DNA of 64,000 nt. It comes from Octopus bimaculoides. Lineage: Eukaryota. The notes beneath the pieces were generated by a model that was given only the letters and a program-made list of their open reading frames with translations, made no database searches and was not told where the DNA came from. The stretch lies in NCBI RefSeq assembly GCF_001194135.2, contig NC_068993.1:25465272-25529271 (forward strand), read 5' to 3'. The stretch's first letter is position 1. The number at the start of each line of letters is the position of its first letter. Both the position numbers and the translations under genes were made by a program. This document shows positions 37,870-50,957 of this stretch, in pieces.

Positions 37870-38208
37870 NNNNNNNNNNNNNNNNNNNNNNNNNNNNNNN
37901 NNNNNNNNNNNNNNNNNNNNNNNNNNNNNNNNNNNNNNNNNNNNNNNNNNNNNNNNNNNNNNNNNNNNNNNNNNNNNNNNNNNNNNNNNNNNNNNNNNNN
38001 NNNNNNNNNNNNNNNNNNNNNNNNNNNNNNNNNNNNNNNNNNNNNNNNNNNNNNNNNNNNNNNNNNNNNNNNNNNNNNNNNNNNNNNNNNNNNNNNNNNN
38101 NNNNNNNNNNNNNNNNNNNNNNNNNNNNNNNNNNNNNNNNNNNNNNNNNNNNNNNNNNNNNNNNNNNNNNNNNNNNNNNNNNNNNNNNNNNNNNNNNNNN
38201 NNNNNNNN
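37870..38208. other. Assembly gap
   Basis: N run between microsatellite-rich flanks. Confidence 1.
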
Positions 38209-39054
38209 TCAAAGACTTTCCGTATTCCCGAGCGTCATACTAATATATACTTTTGTTATTTACACCACCTGTCCTCGTCTGTTGTTATTTTTTGTATAAT
38301 CTCCCATATATATATATATATATATATATAAATATATATTTATGTGTGTATATCTTTGTGTCTCCGTCTGTCTTGCCACCCTTACTTGACAACCAATGTA
38401 ACTTAGCAGTTCAGCAAATGAGGCTGATAGAATAAGTACTAGGCTTACAAAGAATAAGTCCTGTGGTCGATTTCTTTGACTAAAATCCGTTTAAGGTCGT
38501 GCTCCAACATGGCCGCAGTCAAATGACTGAAACAAGTAAAAGAGTAAGAGAGTGGATAACAAAACAGAATGGATAACAAAAGCCATCAACTACTTGTAGA
38601 GAACTATCTGGGCATTAGCTTGAATCGATAATGCAAGTGCTCTCAGTTCTTACTTCCTCTATGCACTTGCTGCATGTAAAGTATTCCTTCTTTGTTGGCC
38701 TGTCAGTGATCCCACTTAAAGTGGATACACCTTTAGGAGTTCCTATCTACCTTTTTTCTAAACACCATGAAGGTTATTTTCCTGATAGAAGTAGGTTTCT
38801 GTCTTCTGGTGGTTTAGGTAGTGAACAGAATACCTTGTGGTATTTGTTCTGACTTTCTGTCAAGTGAAATCCCACCATAGTCAAATGTACAGAATTTTTT
38901 TTGCCAGTTTAATTTACTTAATTACAAAAAGCCAAGGGAAATAAATGAAATGGACCAGTGGCTTAAATTTACATAACTTCTGCAGATGCTGATGGAGATG
39001 TATTCAATGATATACACATTAAATTCTAAATGAATTAAACTTTTCATAATCATG

Positions 39055-39300
39055 GCATGGCTGTGTGGTAGGAAGTTTGCTTCATAATCCCATGGTTCCT
39101 GGTTCAGTCCAACTGCATGGCATGTTGGAGAAGTGTCTCCTACTACAGCCTTGGGTCAACCAAAGCCTTATACGTGGATCTGGTAAATGGAAACTGAAAG
39201 AAGCCAATCATGTGTGTGTGTGTGTGTGTGTGTCCCACCACTGCTTGACAAATGGTGTTGGTGTGTTTACATCCCAATAACTTAAGATTTCAGCATAAGA
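39055..39300 (+). mobile_element. tRNA-derived SINE, family A
   Basis: Family A head and body. Confidence 0.75.
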
Positions 39301-39779
39301 GTACCATACTTTACAACAAAGAAATAAGTACTTAGCCTTGAATTTTATTAGAAATTATCAACCTGTGTCCCAGCACAAGTAAATGAAAGCTGAAGATGTA
39401 AAATGTATTTGCTGAAAATCTCTGTAAAATCTCTATTTCTATTTGTAGCAGTCAAATGAAAAGCCTCAAATATGTCATTCCCTTCACCTCTAACTCTATA
39501 CAGAACATATTCAGCAGAACTTTTCTGAAACTCTCCTTCTTACTTCCAGTCTCACTGCTGCATAGACACAATCTCTACATTTGAGAAGTCTTCCAAGCAT
39601 GCCGTCCAAACAAAGTAGCAAACCTTGATGGCACCTTTTGCATTATCCATCCTAAAATAGTGTACTTTAGAGGTAGCTCCTATCTTTCTTTTATCTTGCT
39701 GGGCACCACTTTGAAGAATTCTTTTTAGTGGAATGAATTGACCCCAATACTTAATTTTTGTTCTTCAAGCCTGCTACTT

Positions 39780-40530
39780 ATTCTACGAACATCTTTTGCT
39801 GAACCACTAGGATACAGGGACATAAACACACCAACACTGGTTGTCAAACAGTGATGAGGGGACAAACACAAAGACACCTACACATAGATATAGATATTCA
39901 TGATGGGCTTCTTTTAGTTTCCATCTGTCAAATCCACTCACAAGGCTTTGGTTGGCCTGAGGCTATAATAGGAGATACTTGCCCAAGCTAGTTTTTTGTT
40001 TAGTTTGGCCATCCTCCTAGATACTTGCAGGGATTTCACTCAAGCATGTTATTCCTTGTGGTCCCCTATACATGTTCTTAATTCATCAACATTTGCCATT
40101 GGACTGTCCTAAAGTAAGTTGTCCTCATAGGTTAGATGTTTTCTTCCCTTGTTGATTCTTCCTTCAACTGACTACCATAAGACCAGTTGACACACTGGTT
40201 CTCCTGGGTACCTGACAAAATGACCTGCAATTCTTATTCTTCTCTGCTGAATCTTCTCAGTCACTTTAGGTAGATTCTGATAAAGCTGCACGTTGGTTAA
40301 ATGAGCTCTCCATAGAACATTCTGAGCCACACTTAGCATTTTTGTGTTGCAGTTATCTATTTGTTTTCAAGCATTTTGGTGAAGGTCCAAGTTTCAGAAC
40401 TGTATAACAAAACTGTCTCATCTATGGAGACAAACAATCTAATTTTCAAGGTGCCACACAGAGGGACTGAACCTGGAAATATATGGTTGAGAACCAAGCT
40501 TCTTACCACACAGCCACTCCTGTGCCTATA
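39780..40530 (-). mobile_element. Family A SINE split by a LINE C-terminal fragment (RTE/RTEX-like, about 39990-40446)
   Basis: SINE body ends at ..CTTGCCCAAG (39987) and resumes at GTGCCAC (about 40451). The insert reads LKIRLF..VLLYSSETWT..RRIRIAGHF on the minus strand. Confidence 0.72.
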
Positions 40531-40952
40531 ATCATCAAACCCTTAAATCTTTCTCCCCACTCACTTCTTCTACAGATATTTAACTCAATCTTTGGAAACA
40601 CATATCAATCCATTCCATCTCCAAACTGGTGAATTCTTTAACTCTATTAACTAAATCTCTTCCATCATCTCAAAAATGATGAACTTGGTTAACAATCACA
40701 TTTTTCATCATCCAGTGTACCCTGGAATGGCTTCATAGAAACAGATCAACAGGAGGCATATTCTCCAGCCTTGTTCTCAAAACTATGAAAGATAAGTTAC
40801 TGCATTTGAAAACAGCAAAGCTTTCAATGGTGTTCCAGGATAGTAATACTGCTAAACACATCTGTATTCTAGACTAAATCCAAAAGAAAGTCATTAGGCC
40901 ATCTGGCTTGTATTCAATTACCAACATGTTTCAACCATTCATAGCTGCATTG

Positions 40953-40988
<36 letters not shown>

Positions 40989-41847
40989 TTCTTCTAAGAT
41001 AACATTGTTTTTTAAACTAGATAGCTGCACTACATTTCTATCATCCTTCGATACATCTCTTTCCACTATCTCCTTTCCTGGTATCACTTAAAAAGATCCT
41101 TCAAAAATATTCTTCACCCAATTTTTCTTCCCCATAATTACAATTTTCTAGAAATATAACCCTACTCACCTGTTTCCTATAGACATCATCCTACAAATGT
41201 TCATTTCAAACAGCATCAATTGCATTAGGGTGAGAGGGGCCATCAACAATGCCTTCCCTCCTCCTCTCTCTATGTAAAAGCTAGATCTAACCGGAAAAGC
41301 TAATTATTTAGGGATATATAATGGTATAAGATGATAGCTTAACTGTAATGTGGTAATTGATATAAGAATTGCTTAGTGTCATAATATACCATGAACTTCA
41401 AATACAAATATCCTGTTATTATATGGCGATACTTTTCTTTTTGTTTAATATGAAGTCTTAAGTGAAGGAGCAGTAAAATAGTGAAACTGATTTCCAGGTT
41501 CAACCACATTGATGACTAATGAAAATGTGAGCAAGGAGAAAGTGTCAGTTCAAGGAATGAGACAGGCTGTAGATGATAAAAGGAACTAAGGAAGGAGGTT
41601 GAGTGTATGGAGAATACAGTTTTCTAATTCTGAGTAACATGAACCATTGTGGGAATCATAGAAGAGAGAAAGAAAATATACAACATGTCTGTAAGCAAGT
41701 GGTGATAACACATTAATATGTGAAAGTTTTAAAAACAGTTTTCAGTTTATGATGCAATCTGCAATACCTATGTGTGTAGCTGTTAGACTATCCAAAATAT
41801 ATGAACAGTACTCTATTTTACATTAGAATACTGATATATGAACAGTA

Positions 41848-41949
41848 CAGTTTTTAAACAACTGCCGGTCCCCTCCATAGGTTAAAGGTGATTTACAATA
41901 ATAAATCACCTTTAACCTATGTAGGGGACTGACAGATGTTTAAAAATTG
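41848..41949. repeat. 102-bp palindrome (48-bp arms, 6-nt loop); probably a tiny Tc1/mariner-type MITE
   Basis: CAGTTTTTAAACAACTGCCGGTCCCCTCCATAGGTTAAAGGTGATTTA-CAATAA-TAAATCACCTTTAACCTATGTAGGGGACTGACAGATGTTTAAAAATTG; the inner 20 bp are perfect, with 3 mismatches and 2 G.T pairs overall. Confidence 0.85.
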
Positions 41950-42049
41950 AACTATTTCTACCTTTGGATGCAGTTTTGTAAATGTTATAGTTATGTGGTA
42001 GTGATGTATTCATGTCATACATGAGTGGTTGCCAAATGTTCAAGATGTG

Positions 42050-42290
42050 GTGAAGGTGGTGAGCTTGCAGAATCATTAGCACACCAAGCAAAATGCTTAG
42101 CAGCATTACATCCATCTTCACATTCTGAGTTTAAATTCTGTCGAGGTTGACTTTACCTTTCATCCTTTCAGGATCAATAAATTAAGTACCAGTTGAACAC
42201 TGGGGTTAATGTAATCAATTTACCCTTTCCCCTAAAATTGCAGGCCTTGTGCCAAAATTTGAAATCAACGTTAAAGATGGGTGATTGTGT
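42050..42290 (+). mobile_element. tRNA-derived SINE, family B
   Basis: GAGCTTGCAGAATCATTAGC head and CCTTTCATCCTTTCAGG core. Confidence 0.8.
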
Positions 42291-43112
42291 TGATGTTGAT
42301 TGTTTCAGAGTCTGCAAGAGTTATGGATACAGCCCTTTCCTTCAGACAAATCCAATAAAAGAAAGATCATCAAAGATTGTTAAACTTGTCATTTGGAAAG
42401 ATTGAAGGTTTTATTTACTTATTGTTCCTAAATAAAGAGGGAAGTGATACGATGACTGTCTTCGTGCTTCTCAGTGAGACTAGGTTATCATTTCCTCATC
42501 AGATAATGTTTATAAAGAAGACTCACTTCTTAAAAATAATGCACGACTTGTGTGAGTTGTCTAACGTTTAAATAACCCTTTAACTGAAAGTTTAAGAAGA
42601 GATGGGTAATATTACCTGCTTGAAAGTGAGTATGGTTATAAATAATAGCAAGTAGAGTTATTAACATTCAGATAGAAGAATATAGGAGACAGAATTGAAG
42701 CTTGAAATTCTCTAACATACATCATATGATGTATGTTAGAGAAAGCCACTCAACATATTCTGAGAGGAACAAGTCTGATAGAAGAAAACTTTGAATTCTT
42801 TTCATGTTCAAAACATAACACAAAATAGGTTGAGCATCTTTGAATAAAATGTATGGTGCCACTTTCCACAAAGATTTTACATAGCATAAAAGCATAATGA
42901 TATATCATATAGGATATCTTTATAATAAAACTAGATTGATATAACAAAATAATGATGACATTTGGCATGAATTATCTTAGTTCAACAGCAGATGTCAATA
43001 AAAGGATTACTGATTATAGAATATGATAGCAGTTTAAATATAAAATGTAGGTAGCATAATACATGATCTTAAATCAAATATGAAATCTGAGAAACAAGAA
43101 AATATAATTTAC

Positions 43113-43304
43113 CTTCACATGAAACATTTTTCTTTGACCAGGAACCATCTTTTAAACATCTAAAAGTTGAAGATGCAGGCAAACGGAAACCTTTGCGACA
43201 TTTTACTTGGCAGCGACTCCCTAGTTTCATTAAAGGGTCTTTTAAGCATCTCTGATTTTTGACAATAGCATTTTCTGGTACTTGAAACTTGTCACAGAAT
43301 TTAG
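43113..43304 (-). CDS. Exon, six-Cys CCP/sushi domain 1: AKFCDKFQVPENAIVKNQRCLKDPLMKLGSRCQVKCRKGFRLPASSTFRCLKDGSWSKKNVSCE
   Basis: 192 nt, ttttttttccacag acceptor, gtaaat donor; CxxGF/Y and CxxxGxWS sushi motifs; lies within ORF 43069..43335. Confidence 0.93.
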
Positions 43305-44223
43305 CTGTGGAAAAAAAATATTTAAACATATTCAAGATAGTTAGTTCACATAATTAATGTTTGGTTTCAGTTTTGAATTCTTTGCTTTTATTTATTGAAA
43401 TTTGTAGTAATCAAGTAGTAATAAAGCAACATTGAATATGTTGTCAATGGAGAATATGGCCCTCAATCAGTAGCATTGCTAGAGTGTGCCACCTGGATCA
43501 GCCCTTGAATGTATTCCCCCCAATCCACCCACCTTCAGGGAACTGAAGCTGATATAGGCTAATACAGCAAACCAAAAAGTGTCACCCCACAAAAGTGCCA
43601 CTTAGCAGTGGGAAGGAACCCATCTCACCTCCTCCCCAACTACACTGCTGTCACAGATATCAGGTGGAAGGAGTTGTTGTTGTTGTTTAGTTCCAAGTAA
43701 ACCCTGATTCAACAGACTTATGAACAATAACGCCCCAGCTATAACTGCCATCTGTTTGCATTTTAAAGATGCTATTGTTCACTATGTTCTTCCCTTTTCT
43801 TAAGAAGTTATTTGAGAGAGACTTAATTGTTATTTATAACCCCTTAACCAAGCTTGTAGAGGCTTCCTATTTGCTCCATTAGAGCAATAAGATTACATGT
43901 TATTTCATGCCACTCTGAAAAGCATTAGCTGTATAAAATGTTTGGCGATTCAATGATTATTTTTAAAACTTTATCTCCAGTTTTAAACTGAACAATATGA
44001 AATATTTCAGAAATATCAAAAATGATTTCATAACAATTTCTGAAACTCTGCATTTTATTTTAACAGTTTGATTTTGAAATTCAATTAAAAGAGCCAATAT
44101 ATTCAACACTTTACATGTTAAAAAAATCTAAGTAAGTTTTAAATATTTCTTCATACATATATATTCTTAGTCAAACAAGATAAAGGAATATGAATAAACT
44201 CAACAGAGAATCAGTTTATTTAC

Positions 44224-44346
44224 CTTTACATGAATATCCATCAGGATTGAGAGTGAAACCAACTTTACATTTGCAGAAATAACTCCCCTTCGAATTGACA
44301 CAAATATGTTGGCAGCTGGCATTTTTCTTCTCACATTCATTGATAT
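44224..44346 (-). CDS. Exon, calcium-binding EGF domain 1: (D)INECEKKNASCQHICVNSKGSYFCKCKVGFTLNPDGYSCK
   Basis: 123 nt, tttcag acceptor, gtaaat donor; six EGF cysteines and the C-x-N-x4-Y-x-C-x-C consensus. Not in the ORF track. Confidence 0.93.
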
Positions 44347-44974
44347 CTGAAACACAGATGGTCATGTTTTGATTGCTACAACATAAATGGTGTCAGAAAC
44401 ACTTACAAATATATTTGGAATAAGTGTCTTACCATATAACTTCCTACTATTTTAATCCAAATATAACTTAAACCTCTTTAACTTAAGAGACAGAGTATAA
44501 GAGAATGAGAGCAATCAGAATATTTATCCCGAGTTTGGTGACCCTAACATTCTTGTCAATTAATCTTCATTTATTTTATTTTATGGAGAAAACTGATAAA
44601 ACCAGAAATTCAATAGTAAGGTGTAGCAACAGAATGCTTGGTATCGATAGACACCAAATTGGAATCAATAATTCTAGTTTTAATGTGAATTGTTCCTTCG
44701 AGAACAATACTAAACTTAGAGACTTTGACTTATTGATTAGGAGGTTTGAAAAATTCTGATATCAATATATGTCCATCTGACTGACCCACCCACCTCCTAA
44801 CATGTTAATATGTCAGAATCTGCTGGATGTGTTGACACATTCAAAGAGTCTACAAATGTAGCCATATTCCAAGAAAACATGGCTTGGCTAGGAGATTAAG
44901 ATATTTTAAAAATCATTTAGTTATAAGTAAAATAGAAAGCAGTTATAGCCTTTGTAGGTTCACTAATAGTGGTG

Positions 44975-45225
44975 AGGTCAATGGGATTACCACAATCCAT
45001 GAGATTAATGAAGCTCCTGGGATTAGTAAGGTTAATAGGATTAGTCAGACCAATGATATTAGTAAGGCCAATGGGATTAGTGAGGTCAGAGACCAAAGGG
45101 ATTATTGGATTAATGGGATTAGTGAGGTTAATGAGATTATTGAGGCCAATGGGTTTAGTGAGGTTAATGAGATTATTGATGCCAATGGGTTTAGTGAGGT
45201 TAATGGATTAGTAGGGTCAGTAAAG
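44975..45225. repeat. 18/36-bp minisatellite (GGGATTAGTGAGGTTAAT / GAGATTATTGAGGCCAAT)
   Basis: Visible periodicity; produces the periodic ORFs 44884..45264 and 44969..45211. Confidence 0.85.
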
Positions 45226-45294
45226 TTAATGTTAATGGTACTAGGAAGTCAACAGGCTCAGTGAGGTTGATATGATTTGTGAGTCATATCATAA

Positions 45295-45549
45295 GAGAGA
45301 GAGAGAGGGTGTCGTAGAGGAAGACAGAGGGTGAGAATGGGAGAGAGAGAGCAAGAGATAGAGAGAGAGAATGAGAGGGAGAAAGGGAGAGAGGGAAGGT
45401 GAGAGAAAGAGAGAGGGTGAGAGAGGGAAAAGAGGATGAAAGAGGGTGAGAGAGGGTGAGAGAGGGAAAAGAGGATGAAAGAGGGTGAGAGAGGGAAAAG
45501 AGGATGAAAGAGAGTAGAGAAGGTGGGAGGGAAGGAGAGAAAGAGATAG

Positions 45550-45642
<93 letters not shown>

Positions 45643-45655
45643 AAGGGAGAGAGAT
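45295..45655. repeat. Polypurine (GA)n / (GATA)n compound microsatellite
   Basis: Direct reading. Confidence 0.9.
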
Positions 45656-45904
45656 AGCTAAAGCTGACCCCAGGCTAACTGAATTTCAGTACTCTTATGA
45701 GTATAATTTGGTAAAATTTCACACAAGTTAAAACTGAAAACGTAGGAATAAATCATTTTATTTTATTACTTTCTCTTTATATTTGTTACAAAACCCTCAA
45801 TAAGTGACATGGCCTGATGTCTCTGATGATTGCCTGAGTGACCAATACCTTCAACTAGCTCTGGAGAGAGCTGAATCATTGACATGTGTACTGATGTGCT
45901 TTGA

Positions 45905-46450
45905 TGCGCTATTAAATAAAACTGCTGAATATGTTAATGGTTTGTGTGTTGAATACGACTGCTAATGACTGTATGATTGGCAATGATTTTTGTGTTGATT
46001 ATGACTAAATGTTTTTGTGTGTTAAATATGACTGTAAAATTATTTGTTTGTTAAATATTGTAAGATTATTTGTATACTGAAAATGATAGCTTGAATTTTT
46101 TGTTTAGAGGATAACTAAATTTTTATGTGTTAAATATGATTGTAAAATGAGTTCTGTGTTGAATAAAGACTGTTAATTTTTTTATGTGTTAAATATAAAT
46201 GTTAATGGATTGTATGTTTAGTATAAACTGTTAATGGTTAGTGTGTTGAATATGACTGTTAAATATTGTGTGTTAAATATGAATGTTAATGGCTTGTATG
46301 TTGAACGTCTGTTAAAGGTTTGTATGTTAAAGATTTGTATTAATGGTTTGTGTGTTCAATATCGTGTGTTGAATGGGACTGTTAATGAATATATATTGAA
46401 TATGACTGTAAAACGATTGTGTTGAATAGAACTGTTAATGGTTTGTGTTT
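45905..46450. repeat. Degenerate tandem repeat of about 28-30 bp (TGTGTTGAATATGACTGTTAATGG-like)
   Basis: The motif recurs through the interval. Confidence 0.7.
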
Positions 46451-46789
46451 CAAGAAGAAAGTCAGTCAAAAGAAGTATTGCAGTACTAAATCTTTCTGCT
46501 AAAATCCATAAATGACGTAATGCTTTACTATTGATGACAAACACAATGTAGTTCTTCTTATTGATTGTTTATTTCTCTTCTTTTGATACTCCCAATCAAC
46601 ATACACAATTGGATATTCTACATATTGTTACAGATGTTGGCAATTTTGCATTGAAATGATTTCTTCTTTTCTCAAAGGTCAGACACATTAAAACCTCATT
46701 GGAAATTATTTTCCCCAATTCCTTAGGACTGTTATTTTTTGTTTTAGTTTGTGATAGTTAATACATATTTTATATTAATTTATTACATC

Positions 46790-47010
46790 TTCAAGGCAGT
46801 AAATTGGCAGAATCATTAGGATGCCAGGCAAAATGTTTAGCAGTATTTTGTCTGTTCTTACATCCCGAGTTCAAATTCCACTGAAGTAAACTTTGCCTTT
46901 CATCCTTTCAAGGTCAATAAAATAAGTACCAGTTGAACACTGAGGTCTATGTGATCAATTAATTCACTTCCTCAAAATTGCTGGCCTTGTGCCAAAATTT
47001 GAAATCAATT
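46790..47010 (+). mobile_element. tRNA-derived SINE, family B
   Basis: Same head and core as 42050-42290. Confidence 0.8.
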
Positions 47011-50000
47011 TGTTGTCTTCTTAAAGTTTCCTATCCAGCCTATGTAGCCTAAGCAGATAATCGCAGGACCTTTTACTGCTCTTTTTCTTTTTCTAGGTTA
47101 AGGTTGGTGGTTGTGTGAGATATTTTAAGTAATAATGAGTAGAATGTCCTTTTGGAATTAATCAGTGGAAGGGTTTCCATCCGTTTGTTTTCTCTAGATT
47201 CAAAAGAAATTAAAGTCATTAAATGAAATATCCCTCTTGCTACATAACTTTTGAAGACTTTTTTCATATAAAGTACTTTATCACTAGAATTTAGTAAAAT
47301 TCTTTGTTTTGTCAATAATTTTTAGGTTACCAATTAAATTTTACTAAATTTTAATAATAAAAATTTACTGCAGTTACTATCATTATAATAAGTAAATAGG
47401 ATTTTGTTTCATTGTAAAATCTTTCAGACTAACTAATATAATTCTTTGTTGATATTGTAGGTCAAACATTAATAAATTATATGATCAGAATATTACATTC
47501 CATCTTACATTCAATGTGTAAAATTATGTGAATGTCAAGGGTTGCTATGTAAAATTTCATTGGCTTAATATTGATTAGAAAATATCGTTCAGATGTCTCT
47601 TAGTGATTATAAATGTGTACATAGTATTTCTCCTGATGCTATTTTAAACCTCCTTCACATTAAGGAGTTACCTATTCTTACACTAGACATAACATTATTT
47701 CTAAAATGGAAACACATGACAAAAGTTTCCTCCCATCCTCCTAAATATTGGAATATCCTTCCTGTGAATCTTTGCTTGTCAAGCTTAATTGATATACTCA
47801 AACATCATACTAAGCTATTCAAGAGTTAATTGCACCAGTTACCATTCTTTGATATATGCTGTACAGATAAGTCTGTGTGGTTATACAGTTTATTTCATAA
47901 CCATGTTATTCTGAGTTTGGTTCTACTATCCTACAGCATGTTTCTTTAGGTAGGTGTCTTTTCCTATAGCAGTTGGGTAACCAGTACTTTGAAAGGTATT
48001 ATTTGGTTGATGGAAATTGTGCTGGAGCCAGTCATATGTGTATGTGTATATACGTATGGATGCACGTGCATATATATGTGTATTTAAGCATATATCTTTT
48101 GCTGATGTATATCATTGAAAGTTGTAAACATGTGTGAGAAAAACCTATCTTTTTGATACATGTGATATTTGTTCTGCCCAAGTTTTATACACACTCCTCA
48201 AGAATAATCCAAAGCTTGATTTGTTGGAAATCTTTGATCAATGACACTATTATTCCCAAGATGTGATATAAGATGTTACAATATTGATAACACATTCACA
48301 AAGGAACTAGTGATTTTCATGTCCTATTACAGACAATAATCATATAAAAAGACTAAAACAAACTTAGATTGGCACACTTCAAACTTTCTTCAACTATATG
48401 GCAATAATAAGATTATGTCTGATCCAAAAGAGGTCAGATGAGTTGATAAGTTCTAAAAATATGAAGGAGTGGTTCTTTTAAATTTGGAGATTGAGCAACA
48501 ATACTACAGTTCTACACACCACTGCAGTTACTTCTTTATTAAACTTGATTGCTTTTAGTCAAACAAATAATGAGCCTTGTACAGCTGCTGTAAAATTATC
48601 AGTACATAATAATTATGTACGGAGGCACATGGCCTAATGGTTTGAGCAGTGGACTCATGGTCGAGGGATCGCGGGTTCGAATCTCAGACCGGGTGAAGTG
48701 TGTGTTTATGAGTGAAACTCCACGTGGCTCTAGCAAGATGACTCTTTCGCCACAACTTTCTCTCACTCTTTCCTCCTACATCTAGCATCTCACCTGTGAT
48801 GGATCAGCATCCCATCTATGTAGGGAACCTATACACCAATGAAACTTGGAAACCAGTCCTTATGAGCCAGGCATGGCTCAAGAAGGAACAAACAACAGCA
48901 ATTAGGACATTGATACCATATCAATTCAGTTAAGACTTTCATGAATTTAGGAAAAGCAGACAAAGAAATAATGGAAACATTCACAGTAATGATACTGATA
49001 ACACAAAAACTAATGATTATTCAAAACAAACCTTCGTTTTTCTTTGTCTTAACAATTTCCTATTAAATCATCTTGACAGATGACTTTCCCTGATCCAGAT
49101 CTCCTTTCAAAGACTTGAATTTTGTAGTGTTCAAAACAGAATGAAATAATCTTTCAGATAGTAAATACATTTGATTCCTAGTTTCTCTAAATGTTTCTTT
49201 ATCTCAGTAAGTCTTATTGACTTCCGTATTTGCATTGGGTTCCATATTGAAAGTCATCCAGTTTCATATCAACACCTGACCCTTGGGTACCTTTAGCAGA
49301 GTTCAATCTGTTGTAAGCATTCAGGTCAGGCCTTTAGCTTTCTAGTAATTTCCTTTCCCCACCACTACAAGTCTTGGAGATCCAGTGCAACAGTTATGGG
49401 TGCTGCCCTTCTTGGATTAAATCACAACAAAAGAAGAAAAAGGAAAAAGCCATTTAGCACTTATTGAGGTTTCATACAATTTACGAATAGGCTCTGCACC
49501 AGTAGATGCTTATACTGAGGCACATTACAATGAAGACTAACTTAAATATACACAGATGTGCATTTTATTCTATGCTCATCTCATATCTTTCATTCCTTAT
49601 TTTTGTCTACTGCATGCTGTGAATATCCTGCAAAAACCTAAAGTTTATTACAATACATGGGATCATACACACTTGAGTGTAATTTGAACTTTGTAACAAC
49701 TTTATTTCCTATCAAGCAGTCATACTAGATTTATTCAAAAGAAATAAAACAAAAGACATTTGTTGATGTAATAAAAAGAAAAACTCCATGTGATAACTAA
49801 TTAGTGCCACATGCACTGTTCCCTGACTTGTAAATATCTCATCAATGGGAACAGTTTTATACAAGGATGGAGATAAGCTGCTGGTATGGAATGAATAAGC
49901 ATCCAACTAGAATTGAAATCACTCTTAGATGATCAGAGCCTTCTTACTCTATGGTATGTGGCTGGGATGTAAGGCATGATGGCCAGTAGATTTGATATAG

Positions 50001-50149
50001 CTTTCACTATTTGTTTCTTTTCAATTATTTTAATTATTTCAGTTACTATGTGGTGGATTGGCAGACTTGTTAGTGTAGAGGTGAACTATATGTCTGGTTA
50101 TATTTAGCTTTCTTAGGCAGTTTTACAGAATCTAACTCCAGACAGAAAG

Positions 50150-50150
<1 letters not shown>

Positions 50151-50211
<61 letters not shown>
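50151..50211. repeat. (AAT)n microsatellite, about 20 units
   Basis: Direct reading. Confidence 0.95.
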
Positions 50212-50213
<2 letters not shown>

Positions 50214-50957
50214 GGGATTTTATTAACGTTTAATTGATTTGTTAGATTAAAATCAATATTTATTCATTTAGGAATTTCAGTTGATATAAATTTTAAGATC
50301 TAGAATAATGATCTCCAAATTTAAAGCTTCAGATTTATAGGTATGGAGAAACAGGAAGTTTTATCATTCATGCTTTTAACAAGTAAAAGTTATGTCTATA
50401 GCAAATCAACCAGCCACATTCTCCCTCCACCAAAGAGCAGGAAACCTCTGATCATTTAAGTATAGTTTCAATTCTAGATGGATGATTATTTCTTTTCATC
50501 GAAACAAATTATCCAATTCCTGCATTATACTGTGCCCATGGCTGACACACAACTTATTCTACAGTGCCTTTTGTGGTAATTAAGCACAACATGAAGATGA
50601 AAGTTAACCTGTTAAAGCACCAAGTGCCTTTTTATGACTGAGTTAAACTAGGGGGATAACTAATATCCATAACTTTTACACAGGATTTCCAAGTCCAATG
50701 GGAAAGAAAGGGAGGAATTATTAGAAAACCAGAAGCTTGTTTGCATCAGAGTAGACACCACTAAAGTTAGCAAAGGATCAAGTATTTGAGTTATTTACTG
50801 GTTGATTTACAACATGGAACTCATATTTAAATACACATTGATGCATGTGTTCGTGATAAAGAAATGTGTACTGAAACTAGAAACTAAATATTGTCATTAT
50901 TGTCAGAATGGATATTTGTTAGAACATTCTGCAACAATAAAGTGTTGAAAAGAGAGT

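Noticed and set aside
45905-46450. CRISPR-like array (also considered for 21169-21750 and 28085-28400)
   Set aside because: The units are degenerate and contiguous, with no constant repeat plus unique spacer structure and no cas genes; the context is eukaryotic.
47509-47560. Possible first coding exon MKFYIATLDIHIILHIE with a phase-1 GTAAG donor
   Set aside because: The hydrophobic core is interrupted by D, H and E, and splicing to EGF1 would give Tyr instead of the conserved Asp.
48621-48695. tRNA gene (also the similar heads at 507, 33752, 39055 and 61780)
   Set aside because: Box A/B-like motifs are present, but there is no closed cloverleaf and the sequence continues into SINE bodies.
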